Source of the DNA: an uncultured Alphaproteobacteria bacterium | Lineage (GTDB): Bacteria > Pseudomonadota > Alphaproteobacteria > Rhizobiales > Tepidamorphaceae | Length of the DNA: 64,000 nt | Assembly (NCBI GenBank): GCA_963816555.1 | Contig: CAWFLD010000012.1 | Location: 5,058-69,057 of the forward strand | Direction of reading: 5' to 3' | Part shown: piece by piece, positions 9,880-19,018 of the stretch | How positions within the stretch are numbered: the first letter of the stretch is position 1 | How the letters are laid out: the number at the start of each line of letters is the position of its first letter | Translations under genes and position numbers: made by a program | The notes under the pieces: generated by a model | What the model was told of the DNA's origin: nothing | Database searches by the model: none | What the model saw: the letters and a program-made list of their open reading frames with translations, nothing else

Positions 9880-10332
9880 ATGCTAGCTCGCTTCGGGGCC
9901 ACGGCTTGCCTTCTGCTTCCCCTGGCGGTCTCCCACCCGGCGGCCGCCGACACGCTGACGGTCGGCCTCGACGAGGCCGAGCTCGTCCGCCTCGACCAGC
10001 CGGCCTCGACGATCATCGTCGGCAACCCCTCGATCGCCGACGCGCTGGTGCAGAACCCCACGCTCCTGGTCGTCACCGGCAAGAGCTACGGCTCGACCAA
10101 CCTGATCGTCCTCGACCCGCAGGGCGAGAAGGTCGAGGAATTCGACCTCCAGGTCGGCTCGGGCGAGAACCAGCTCGTCACGGTGCAGCGCGGCAGCGCG
10201 CGCTACTCCTATAGCTGCACCCCCACGTGCAACAGCGCGCTCGCGCTCGGCGACCAGACCGACAGCTACCAGGCGACCCAGGCGCAGGTCGAAAGCCGGA
10301 TCGGCCTGTCGAGCGGCCAGAACGCGAACTGA
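9880..10332 (+). CDS. Exported pilus assembly protein with a secretin N-terminal-like domain (CpaI-like)
   Basis: Signal peptide, ASTIIVGNPSIADA, GKSYGSTNLIVLD, YSCTPTC; divergent from the pilin. Confidence 0.85.
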   Translation: MLARFGATACLLLPLAVSHPAAADTLTVGLDEAELVRLDQPASTIIVGNPSIADALVQNPTLLVVTGKSYGSTNLIVLDPQGEKVEEFDLQVGSGENQLVTVQRGSARYSYSCTPTCNSALALGDQTDSYQATQAQVESRIGLSSGQNAN

Positions 10333-10467
10333 GGCGGGGCCGGCACGGCCGGCGCCGCTGCACCGCCGAAACGGTTCCGAAAGCTTTTTCGTCTTAGATC
10401 CCCGGTCATGACCTTGGCGAGGTCACGCGACAAGGCGCACCCCCGCGCTTCTCTGGGATCCGCGTCC

Positions 10468-11037
10468 ATGGAACGAGTTCGGCCCTTCCGGCCCCTGAAG
10501 AGACTGCTGCGCCGCTTCCGAAAGAACGAGTCCGGCGTGGCCGCGGTCGAGTTCGCGCTCGTCGCGACGCCCTTCTTCGCGCTGCTCTTCGCCATCCTCG
10601 AGGTCGCCCTCATCTTCTTCGCCCAGCAGGTGATGGACACCGGCGTCTCGCAGGCCGCGCGGCTGATCCGCACCGGCCAGGCCAAGAGCTTCGACAAGGG
10701 CCAGTTCCGCGACGCCGTGTGCGAGCGCATCATGGCGATGTTCGACTGCGAGGGCGGCCTGAAGCTCGACGTCCAGGCCTTCTCGAGCTTCAGCAACATC
10801 CAGAGCGGGCTCGACTCGCCGACCCAGCAGGACGCGGACGGCAACACGGTCCTCAAGGACGACGACGAATTCTCCTACGATTCCGCCGCGCTCAATGTCG
10901 GCGGCACGATCGTGGTGGTGCGCGCCTTCTACGAGTGGCCGACGATCGTGCCCGGGCTCGGCGCGGACATGGGGACGCTGTCCGACGGCAACCGGCTGCT
11001 CGTCTCCACGATCGCCTTCCGCAACGAGCCCTTCTAG
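10468..11037 (+). CDS. TadE/TadG-family pseudopilin (CpaJ-like)
   Basis: RFRKNESGVAAVEFALVA, ARLIRTGQ, C-terminal FRNEPF. Confidence 0.9.
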   Translation: MERVRPFRPLKRLLRRFRKNESGVAAVEFALVATPFFALLFAILEVALIFFAQQVMDTGVSQAARLIRTGQAKSFDKGQFRDAVCERIMAMFDCEGGLKLDVQAFSSFSNIQSGLDSPTQQDADGNTVLKDDDEFSYDSAALNVGGTIVVVRAFYEWPTIVPGLGADMGTLSDGNRLLVSTIAFRNEPF

Positions 11038-11052
11038 CCGGAGATCGCCACG

Positions 11053-11595
11053 ATGCCCGCATTGAGGAAGATTGGGCTCGCCGCGAGGGCCCTGCGCGAC
11101 GACAGGGGCGTCTCCGCCGTCGAGTTCGCGCTGATCCTGCCGGTGCTCGTCATGCTCTATCTCGGCTGCGTCGAGGTGAGCCAGGCGCTGACGGTCGACC
11201 GCAAGGTGACGACGGCGGCGAGCGTGGTGGGCGACCTCGTGGCCCAGGGCGGCACGCTCTCCGATTCCGACTTCCAGAACATCTTCGACGCGACGGGCGC
11301 GATCCTGATGCCCTACGACGCGTCGCCGCTGAAGATCGTCGTCTCCTACGTCCACGTCACATCTGATGGCAACGAGGTGGTGTGGAGCGAGGCCTCGAAC
11401 GACACGCCGCGCGCCTGCAACAGCAAGATGGACATCCCCGCCGACGTGGCGGTCGAGGGCAACTACCTCGTGGTCGCGGAGGTGCACTACCTCTACACGC
11501 CGACCTTCGGCGAGACGATCAAGAAGAACCTCAACTTCTCGAACACGTTCTACCTGCGCCCGCGCAACCCGCACGGCATCACCCACGACTGCTGA
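11053..11595 (+). CDS. TadE/TadG-family pseudopilin (CpaK-like)
   Basis: DDRGVSAVEFALILP, DRKVTTAASVVGDLVAQ, FYLRPR. Confidence 0.9.
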   Translation: MPALRKIGLAARALRDDRGVSAVEFALILPVLVMLYLGCVEVSQALTVDRKVTTAASVVGDLVAQGGTLSDSDFQNIFDATGAILMPYDASPLKIVVSYVHVTSDGNEVVWSEASNDTPRACNSKMDIPADVAVEGNYLVVAEVHYLYTPTFGETIKKNLNFSNTFYLRPRNPHGITHDC

Positions 11596-11602
11596 CCGGC
11601 CG

Positions 11603-12577
11603 TCAGGCGATCCAGCGCAGGATCGCCTCCTCCGGCGCACGCGCGTCGGCCTCGATCCGCGCCCGGTCCTTCAGCATCTCGCCCTCGAGCCGGCCCGCAT
11701 CCATGCGCCCCCCGGCCCAGGCCCGCAGCGCCGCGGGCGAGCGGGCGAGCAGATAGAGCGGCAGCAGCGCCTCGAAGGCATGCCAGCGCAGGCCGCAGCG
11801 CCGGCGCAGGCCGGGCGTCGCGTTCTTCAGCCACAGGAGCCGCCGGTTGCGGAACAGCCGCCGCTGGTACGCGAACGGCTTGTCGAGGAAGCCGCTGGCG
11901 CCGCCGGCCGCGTGCGAGCCGACATGCCAGGCGCGGGCGTCCGGCACGAAGAGCGCCTTCCAGCCGCGGTGCTGCATGCGGAACCACAGGTCGAGGTCCT
12001 CGTAGCCGGTCCCGAAGCGCTCGTCGTAGAGCGTGCCGTCGAGCCGGATGATGTCGTCGACCATGTCGCGCCGCATCAGCGGCATAGATCCCGACACGCC
12101 GAAGGCGTAGCGCGGCGCCTCGCTCGGCTCCCAGCGGCCGCGCCACTCCGGCGTCAGGCCGAGCGCGCCGGCGCTGCGTCTCCGGATGTCGGTACGCCGG
12201 CCGTCCTCCCACTGGTACTCGGCGCCCGCCACCACGCCGATCTCGGGATCCTTCCCGGCCTCGCGCAGGCAGGTCGCGGCATAGTCCTCCGCGAGGCAGA
12301 CGTCGTAGCCGAGCGGCATGATCCAGTCGCCGGAGGCCCGCGCGATGCCCCGGTTCATGCCCGCCGCGAAGCCGAGATTTTCCTCCAGCGGAAGCAGGAC
12401 GTCCGGCGTCATGGTCTCGAGGCAGGCCTCGAGCGAGCCGTCCGTCGAGCCGTTGTCGACGAGCACGAGCTCGACCCGGCATCCCGCCTGGGCCCGCGCC
12501 GCCGCGAAGGCCTCGCGAAGCAGCGCGCCACCGTTCCAGTTCAGCAGCACGATCGAGATCAGTGGCGGGGGCGGCAC
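11603..12577 (-). CDS. Family 2 glycosyltransferase
   Basis: ISIVLLNWNG, VLVDNGSTDGS, ENLGFAAGMNRG, GYEDLDL; GTG start at 12577 with GAGG RBS. Confidence 0.85.
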   Translation of the reverse strand: MPPPPLISIVLLNWNGGALLREAFAAARAQAGCRVELVLVDNGSTDGSLEACLETMTPDVLLPLEENLGFAAGMNRGIARASGDWIMPLGYDVCLAEDYAATCLREAGKDPEIGVVAGAEYQWEDGRRTDIRRRSAGALGLTPEWRGRWEPSEAPRYAFGVSGSMPLMRRDMVDDIIRLDGTLYDERFGTGYEDLDLWFRMQHRGWKALFVPDARAWHVGSHAAGGASGFLDKPFAYQRRLFRNRRLLWLKNATPGLRRRCGLRWHAFEALLPLYLLARSPAALRAWAGGRMDAGRLEGEMLKDRARIEADARAPEEAILRWIA

Positions 12578-12807
12578 GCAGGTTCCTCGCGGGGCGGCGG
12601 CGGGGTCGGACGGGCTGTAGCTAGCGGGCGGCGGCGCCGCTGTCGAGCCGCGGGCGCGGAGCAGGCCGCGAAGGCCGGCCGCGGAGCCTGCCCGGGAGGG
12701 GCGCCCGCAAGGCCCCGACATTCTTGCGGAATTTCGCCAAATGCCCTAGGGCAACCGCCTGTGAAGGCCCGGAATGCGGGCAGGACGACGACGCCGGGCG
12801 CCACCGC

Positions 12808-13851
12808 ATGAAAGCGCGCAGCATGCACCTCTTGTCGTTAGCCCGGCTCTACGCCAGCGGCTCGCACGGAAACCTGCGCGACATCGTCTTCGTCCACATC
12901 CCCAAGACGGCGGGCACGTCGCTGCACCGTGTGCTCATCCGCTCGCGCTACAACACCGCCATCCTGCGCGACTACGCCGAGGACAGCCGCTACACCTCGC
13001 CGGCGATCCGCCGGACGGTCTACGGCGACCCGCCCGCCGGCGCCCGCGCGCTGCGCGCCGAGATCGGGCCCGACCGGCCGATCACGCTGATGGGCCACTT
13101 CCCGGCCGGGCGCTACGCGGAGATCGCGGCGCCCGGCTCCTTCGTCACCTTCCTGCGCTCGCCGGTCGAGCGGGCGATCTCGGAATACGTCCACTTCCGC
13201 AACAAGAACGGCTACACCGACACCGTCCGCGCCTTCGTCGAGCAGCGGCGCAACGTCCAGGCGCAGCACATGCGCGGCGTGCCGCTGGAGCAGTGGGGCT
13301 TCGTCGGCACCGCGGAGAACTACGACGAGGACATCGACCGGCTCGCGCGCTTCACCGGCCTGCCCTTCTGGCCGCTGCGGCTGAACATCGGCGACTATGG
13401 CCGCGAGCATGCCGAGCTCCTGCGCGATGCCGGGCTGCGCCGCTTCATCGAGGAGCGCAACGAGGAGGATCTCGCGCTCTATCGCCAGGTCGTCGCGGAG
13501 CGCGAGTTCTTCACCAGGATGCGCGAGCGCACGCCGCCGGCCGCCGGCCGCATCCACCTCGCGGCCCGTCTCGCGCCGGACGGTGCGGTCGTGGGCGAGG
13601 CGGTCGACGGCGCGACGGGCGCTGCCCTCCGCGTCCGCCTCCTCGCCGGCGAGCGCGAGATCGGCCACACCACCGCGGACCGCTACCGCGACGAGCTCGT
13701 CGGCCGCTTCGCGCCGCACGGCGTCGGCGCCTTCCGGTTCGCCCCCGGGATCTTCGGCCGCCGGCGGGGACCGCTGGCGGTCGAGGCGGCTGGTTTGCGC
13801 GTGCCCGTCGCAGCGTCCGCACCCGCGACATCCGTCCCCGTCGAGGAGTAG
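12808..13851 (+). CDS. Sulfotransferase-family protein with an extra C-terminal domain
   Basis: PAPS-binding motifs FVHIPKTAGTSL and TFLRSPVERAISEY, plus DLALY; about 100 aa C-terminal extension. Confidence 0.8.
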   Translation: MKARSMHLLSLARLYASGSHGNLRDIVFVHIPKTAGTSLHRVLIRSRYNTAILRDYAEDSRYTSPAIRRTVYGDPPAGARALRAEIGPDRPITLMGHFPAGRYAEIAAPGSFVTFLRSPVERAISEYVHFRNKNGYTDTVRAFVEQRRNVQAQHMRGVPLEQWGFVGTAENYDEDIDRLARFTGLPFWPLRLNIGDYGREHAELLRDAGLRRFIEERNEEDLALYRQVVAEREFFTRMRERTPPAAGRIHLAARLAPDGAVVGEAVDGATGAALRVRLLAGEREIGHTTADRYRDELVGRFAPHGVGAFRFAPGIFGRRRGPLAVEAAGLRVPVAASAPATSVPVEE

Positions 13852-13854
13852 GGA

Positions 13855-16035
13855 ATGCCCGACGCACCCCCGTTCGCACTGATCGTCGGCGGGAGCCGGA
13901 TCGCGCCCCGCGAGGTCGTCGATCTCGCTCCGCTCGACGCCGGCGACGCCTTCCAGATCTCGGGACCGGACCCGCAGGTCGTCTTCCCCCTCCCCGCGGG
14001 CCTCGCGATGCCGCACGGCGCCTATCTGCAGTGCCGGCTGGCGCCGGGGCAGACCATCCTCGGAAGCGCCGAGATCGAGATGTCCGACGGGAAGGGGGCG
14101 CCGCTGCGGCGCAAGGTCCGGCCGGAAGTGTTCCTCGGCCGCTCGCAGATCATCGAGATGCCGGTCGAGGCGAGCGAGCTCCGCCTGCATCTGGGCGCAC
14201 ACGAAGGGCTCGTCGTGCTCCCGACCCTCTCGCTCGAGGCGGTTCCCCCGTTCGCCGTGGCGCGCAACGCCTTCCGCCTGGTGCGCCGGCGCACCGGGGC
14301 GAGCCTGTTCCGCCGGGCCCGCACGGCGATCGAGATCCTGAGGGCGGAGGGGCTGCGGGGCTTCGTGGCGCGGGTCGACGCGCTCGGCCACGGCCTCGGC
14401 CGGGCGGGCGGGGTCAAGGGCGACCCGCACCTCGAGTACGGCGCGTGGCGTTCGCTCTACGCGCCCTCCGGGCCGGCCTCAGGCGATGGCGACGTCGGCG
14501 CGCGCGAGGCGGCAGCGCCTCCCCTCGCGGTCCTCGTGCTGGCGGGAGCGGCGGCCGACGGCGAGGCGCCGAAGGCCCTGCAGGCATCGCTCGAACGGCA
14601 GGGCCTCCCCGCCGACCGCATCGTGCGGCTCGACCGCGACGACGGCGACCCCGTCGCCACCCTCGCCGCTCTCGGCCAGGACTGGGTCTGCGTCACCGAC
14701 CCGGAGGGCGTCTTCGACCCGGCCTTCGTCGGGGAGGCGCGACGGCTGATCGCCGCGGAGGAGGCCGACCTCGCCTATTTCGACGACGACACCGTCGACG
14801 AGCGCGGCCGGCACCGCGACCCCGACTTCAAGCCCGCCTGGGACGAGCACCTGGCGTGCCAGCAGGACTATCTCGGCCCCCTTCTCGTGCGGCGCGACAG
14901 GCTCGACCCGGAGGCGCTGCGCGGCATCGACGACCCGCGCAATGTCCGCCTGGCGATCGCCCTCGCGGCCAGCCGGCAGGGCGCCCGCATCGCCCATCTG
15001 GAGGAGGTGCTGTTCCATCGGCGTCCCGGCAGCCGCGCCCTCGACGCCGGGGCCCTGAAGGAGCGCGAGAGGGTCGTCGCCCGGCACATGGAGGCGCTCG
15101 GCGTCGCCGCCGACGTCGCCGACAGGCCCGGGACGGGCACGCTCCAGGTCACCTGCCGGGTCGCGGAGTGGCCGTCGATCTCCGTCGTCATCCCGACGCG
15201 CGACAACCTCTCGACGCTGCCGACGGCGCTCGAGACGCTGCTCGGCATCACCGACTACCCGGCCTTCGACGTGGTGGTCGTCGACAACGGCTCGCAGAAG
15301 CCGGAGACGCTGCGCTTCCTGGCCGGGGCCGCGGAGGGCGACGCCCGCCTGCGGGTGCACCGGCACGACCACCCGTTCAACTTCTCCGAGCTCATCAATG
15401 TCGGCGCGCGGGAGACCTCGGGCGACCTGCTGCTGCTCCTCAACGACGACATCGAGGTGCTGGAGCCCGGCTGGCTGAAGACCATGGCGAGCCATTTCGC
15501 GCGGCCCGAGACCGGCGCGGTGGGCCCGAAGCTGCTCTTCCCCGAGGGCACGATCCAGCACGCCGGCGTGGCGCTCGGCGTCGGCGGCAGCGTGGCCGGG
15601 CACATCTATCTCGACCTGCCGGCCGACACGCGGCTCAACCACGACCGGGCCCAGCTCACGCGCCGGGTCTCGGCGGTCACGGGGGCGTGCCTGCTGACGC
15701 GGCGCGACATCTTCGAGGACATCGGCGGGCTCGACGAGGTCGACCTCAAGGTCGCCTACAACGACGTCGACTACTGCCTCGAGGTCGCCCGCCGCGGCCA
15801 TCACGTGATCTACGAGCCGCGCGCGGTGCTGACGCACCACGAATCCCACTCCCGCGGCCGCGACAACAACCCGGTGAAGCGCGAGCGTCTCCTGTCGGAG
15901 ATCGCGTTCTTCAGCACGAAATGGGGCGAGCTCGTCTTCCACGACCCCTATTACAGCGGCAACCACTCGCTGTTCTCGCCCCACTTCCGCTACTCGCACC
16001 CGCCGCGGCGGCGCACGGGCCCGCGGCTGCGTTGA
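13855..16035 (+). CDS. Large family 2 glycosyltransferase (degenerate + intact GT2 domains, O-antigen/surface glycan type)
   Basis: AYFDDD...PDFKPAW; second domain ISVVIPTRD, VVVDNGS, PFNFSELIN, LLLLNDDIE, SAVTGACLL, AYNDVDYCL. Confidence 0.88.
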   Translation: MPDAPPFALIVGGSRIAPREVVDLAPLDAGDAFQISGPDPQVVFPLPAGLAMPHGAYLQCRLAPGQTILGSAEIEMSDGKGAPLRRKVRPEVFLGRSQIIEMPVEASELRLHLGAHEGLVVLPTLSLEAVPPFAVARNAFRLVRRRTGASLFRRARTAIEILRAEGLRGFVARVDALGHGLGRAGGVKGDPHLEYGAWRSLYAPSGPASGDGDVGAREAAAPPLAVLVLAGAAADGEAPKALQASLERQGLPADRIVRLDRDDGDPVATLAALGQDWVCVTDPEGVFDPAFVGEARRLIAAEEADLAYFDDDTVDERGRHRDPDFKPAWDEHLACQQDYLGPLLVRRDRLDPEALRGIDDPRNVRLAIALAASRQGARIAHLEEVLFHRRPGSRALDAGALKERERVVARHMEALGVAADVADRPGTGTLQVTCRVAEWPSISVVIPTRDNLSTLPTALETLLGITDYPAFDVVVVDNGSQKPETLRFLAGAAEGDARLRVHRHDHPFNFSELINVGARETSGDLLLLLNDDIEVLEPGWLKTMASHFARPETGAVGPKLLFPEGTIQHAGVALGVGGSVAGHIYLDLPADTRLNHDRAQLTRRVSAVTGACLLTRRDIFEDIGGLDEVDLKVAYNDVDYCLEVARRGHHVIYEPRAVLTHHESHSRGRDNNPVKRERLLSEIAFFSTKWGELVFHDPYYSGNHSLFSPHFRYSHPPRRRTGPRLR

Positions 16036-16045
16036 CCTTCGTCAA
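16032..16045 (+). promoter_or_regulatory. FNR/FixK-type box upstream of the YdcH-family gene
   Basis: TTGA-CCTTCG-TCAA, matching TTGA-N6-TCAA, about 70 bp upstream of ATG 16109. Confidence 0.6.
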
Positions 16046-16108
16046 GGCGCCGCCCGTCCGCCGGGTGGACAAGCTGCACGACAGGACACCCATCGGGAGG
16101 AGAAAGAC

Positions 16109-16345
16109 ATGTCGCACGTCCCACACGAGCTGCACGAGGAATTTCCGGAGCAGGCCGCGCGGATCCACGAGCTGAAGGGGTCGAACGCCCACTTCGCCAG
16201 GCTCGCCGACCGCTATCACGAGCTCAACCGCGAGATTCACCGCATCGAGAGCGACGTCGAACCGACCTCGGACGAGTTCGCCGAGCAGCTCAAGCGCGAG
16301 CGCCTCGCGCTGAAGGACGAGATCTTCGCCCTGCTCCAGGGGTGA
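16109..16345 (+). CDS. YdcH/DUF465 family small protein
   Basis: MSHVPHELHEEFPE...NAHFARLADRYHELNREIHRIE...RLALKDEI; GGAGG RBS. Confidence 0.9.
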   Translation: MSHVPHELHEEFPEQAARIHELKGSNAHFARLADRYHELNREIHRIESDVEPTSDEFAEQLKRERLALKDEIFALLQG

Positions 16346-16368
16346 GCGTCACGCGCCGCGGCGGGCAC

Positions 16369-16397
16369 ACCGGAAGCGCCTCGAGGGGCGCTTTCCG
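16369..16397 (+). terminator. Hairpin after the YdcH-family gene, possible terminator
   Basis: CCGGAAGCGCC-TCGAGG-GGCGCTTTCCGG inverted repeat; weak U tail. Confidence 0.4.
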
Positions 16398-16647
16398 GGC
16401 GTCGCCTGCAAGTCATTGAGCGTGCGCGGCTTCCGGGAACTTTCCCACAGCATTGCCCACAGCTTCTGCCCCGCCTATACGTGAAAACCTCATGAATTTG
16501 CCGCAAATTTTCCCCAATTGATTTGACGGCGAATCCCGCAACGCGCAGGATTGTCACGAATCAAGGTGCGGGACGGAGAGGTCTCGGCGTCGACCAGATG
16601 CGGCACATTTCGGTCGAACATGCACGGGTAAAATCGAGGGGGCCTGA

Positions 16648-17160
16648 ATGACCGGCGACGCTTCAGCCGGCACGATATCGCTTGTTCCTTTTCGGCACGA
16701 TGCGACGTGCGGGCGACGGGACGGCGTAGGTGCCGATCATGCGGGTGCCGACCGTGACGACGAGGCGGCGAAGGACGGCTTTGCGGTCCTGCTGATCGAC
16801 GGTCGCGACCGCGAGACGGCCGAGCTCCTGGCCGCCCTGTCCGAATGCGACCGGCCGCGCGTCGTGGTCGAGCACATCTCCGACCCCAAGGAAGCCGAGC
16901 ACGTCTGGCTGCAGGGCCGGCACGACCTCGTCATCGTCGACGTCTGGCTCGAGCGCGGCATCAGCGTCGAGCTCGTCACGCTGCTGACGAGCTCGCCCTG
17001 CACCTGCCCGATCGTCATGCTGAGCAGCCTGTCCTCCGACGAGCTGAAGACCTACTTCACCGACAGCGACCTGTTCATCCACTCCAAGCGCAACATCACG
17101 CCCGGCGCGCTGTCGCAGACGCTCGGCGCCGCCCTGGCGCTCGACGACGAGGGCCTCTAG
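16648..17160 (+). CDS. Orphan single-domain response regulator (atypical receiver); start uncertain
   Basis: VLLIDG, HDLVIVDVWL (phospho-acceptor Asp), PIVMLSS, FIHSK; no output domain. Confidence 0.7.
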   Translation: MTGDASAGTISLVPFRHDATCGRRDGVGADHAGADRDDEAAKDGFAVLLIDGRDRETAELLAALSECDRPRVVVEHISDPKEAEHVWLQGRHDLVIVDVWLERGISVELVTLLTSSPCTCPIVMLSSLSSDELKTYFTDSDLFIHSKRNITPGALSQTLGAALALDDEGL

Positions 17161-17512
17161 GGCCTCGCCGCCACCGGCCCCCGGCTCACCCCGGCGGCCC
17201 CGTCGCGCCCCCGCGCGACCATCATCCCCGCCATCGCCTCCCGCCTCCCGCGGCGCCCTCCGGCACCCTGCGGGCGCGGCGTCGTGCCGCACCGCACACG
17301 AACGGCGGCGCGAGACGTCCCGGCCACGGTCCTGAGCGCAACCGTGCGGCGGCAGCTTTCCCTTTAAGTCGAACTACCTATGCGACGTTTTGCGCCCTCT
17401 GCCGGGGTGCCGCCCGGCTTTATACGCAGTGCAGCATTATCGCCGTTCCAAGGGGGCACTTCCGATGCGCGTTCCGGCTCGTCTGTTTGGTATCCACCGC
17501 TTCTCCGACCGC

Positions 17513-17572
17513 ATGAAGACGCTCGGCCTGTTCGCCGTCCTCGTCTCGCCGTTCCTTCTCGCGCGCATCTGA
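17513..17572 (+). other. Putative 19-aa leader peptide upstream of the hisD-like gene
   Basis: MKTLGLFAVLVSPFLLARI* (in-frame ATG also at 17465), followed by CGCGCCT/AGGCGCG complementary segments; about 97 nt before the next start. Confidence 0.4.
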
Positions 17573-17668
17573 CGCGCCTGCGGCGGGCGGGCCGCACCGG
17601 CCGAAGAACCAGCGCTTGAGGCGCGGGCGGAACTCGACTACTCCGACCGCGTCAACGAGGGTTCCGCC

Positions 17669-19018
17669 ATGTCCAGCGACGCTTCCGCCCGCACCCGCCT
17701 GTCCCGCCACGACCTCGCGCGCATCTCTCCCGAAGGCCGCGCGAGGCTCCTGCAGCGCAGCGGCGTCGACCTGTCGGACTTCGTCGCGCGCGTCCATCCG
17801 ATCATCGACGACGTCAGGGCCCGAGGCGACGAGGCGCTGGCCGAATACGGCCGACGCTTCGACGGCGCCGCGACGCTGTCGCCCGACGCGCTCGCCGCGA
17901 CGCCCGAGGAATTCGACGCCGCCGAGGCGCGGCTCGAGCCCGAGCTGAAGGAGGCGATGCGCCTCGCCGCCGCGAACATCCGGCGCTTCCACGAAAAGCA
18001 GATGCCCCACGGCATGTGGCTCGAGGAGATGGCGCCGGGCGCGCTGGCCGGCGAGCGCACGCTGCCGATCCCGTCCGTCGCCTGCTACGTGCCGCGCGGC
18101 AAGGGCGCGTTCCCGTCGGCCGCGCTGATGACGACCATTCCCGCCGCCGTGGCCGGCGTGCCCGAGATCGCGGTCGTGTCGCCGCCGACGCCGGAGGGCG
18201 GCACCGACGACGCGACGCTCTATGCCTGCCGCCTCGCCGGCGTCTCCCGCGTCTATCGCTGCGGCGGCGCCCAGGCGGTCGCGGCGGTCGCCTACGGCAC
18301 GAGGACGGTGCCGCGCTGCGCCAAGATCGTCGGGCCGGGCTCGTCCTGGCTGGTGGCGGCGATGCAGGTCCTGTCGAACGTCATCGACGTCGGCCCGCCC
18401 GCCGGCCCGTCGGAATCGATCGTGCTCGCCGACGAGACGGCCGATCCGCGCCGCACCGCGCTCGACCTCCTGAACGAGGCCGAGCACGGGCCGGATTCCT
18501 CCGCCTACCTGGTGACGACGGACGCGCGGCTGGCCGACGAGGTCGAGCTCGCGGTGGAGGCGATGTGGGCGCACATGAGCGCGCAGCGCGTCGAGTTCTC
18601 GCGCACCGTGCTGAGCGGCGAGCGCGGCGGCATCGTCGTCGCGCCGGACCGGATGGAGGCGTGCCGCTTCGTCAACGACTACGCGCCGGAGCACCTCCTG
18701 GTCGAGAGCAGGGACCCCTGGCCCTATCTGGCCCACCTGACGCACGCCGGCGAGATCCTGCTCGGCGAGAACACGGCGATCTCGGTGGCGAACTTCGTGC
18801 TCGGCCCGAACCACGTGCTGCCGACCGGCGGCTGGGCGAAGACGCGCTCGCCGCTGTCGGTCTTCGACTATCTCAAGCGCCAGTCGATCGCCGCGCTGAG
18901 CCGCGAAGGGCTCGAACCGCTGCGCGCGCCGACGAAGATCTTCGCGAGATACGAGGGCTTCGACGCCCACGCCAACGCCGTCTCGAAGCTGCGCGACGGC
19001 GGCAACTCCGCCGACTGA
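17669..19018 (+). CDS. Histidinol dehydrogenase (HisD) family paralogue with substituted Zn ligands
   Basis: YVPRGKG, GGAQAVAAVAYGT, KIVGPG, AGPSE, APEHL, GPNHVLPT, EGFDAHA; has NEAEH for QAEH and ANF for GDY; no his genes nearby. Confidence 0.85.
   Translation: MSSDASARTRLSRHDLARISPEGRARLLQRSGVDLSDFVARVHPIIDDVRARGDEALAEYGRRFDGAATLSPDALAATPEEFDAAEARLEPELKEAMRLAAANIRRFHEKQMPHGMWLEEMAPGALAGERTLPIPSVACYVPRGKGAFPSAALMTTIPAAVAGVPEIAVVSPPTPEGGTDDATLYACRLAGVSRVYRCGGAQAVAAVAYGTRTVPRCAKIVGPGSSWLVAAMQVLSNVIDVGPPAGPSESIVLADETADPRRTALDLLNEAEHGPDSSAYLVTTDARLADEVELAVEAMWAHMSAQRVEFSRTVLSGERGGIVVAPDRMEACRFVNDYAPEHLLVESRDPWPYLAHLTHAGEILLGENTAISVANFVLGPNHVLPTGGWAKTRSPLSVFDYLKRQSIAALSREGLEPLRAPTKIFARYEGFDAHANAVSKLRDGGNSAD

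Noticed and set aside
16441-16463. DnaA boxes / replication origin
   Set aside because: Only two mismatched boxes and no origin-associated genes; kept only as a direct repeat.
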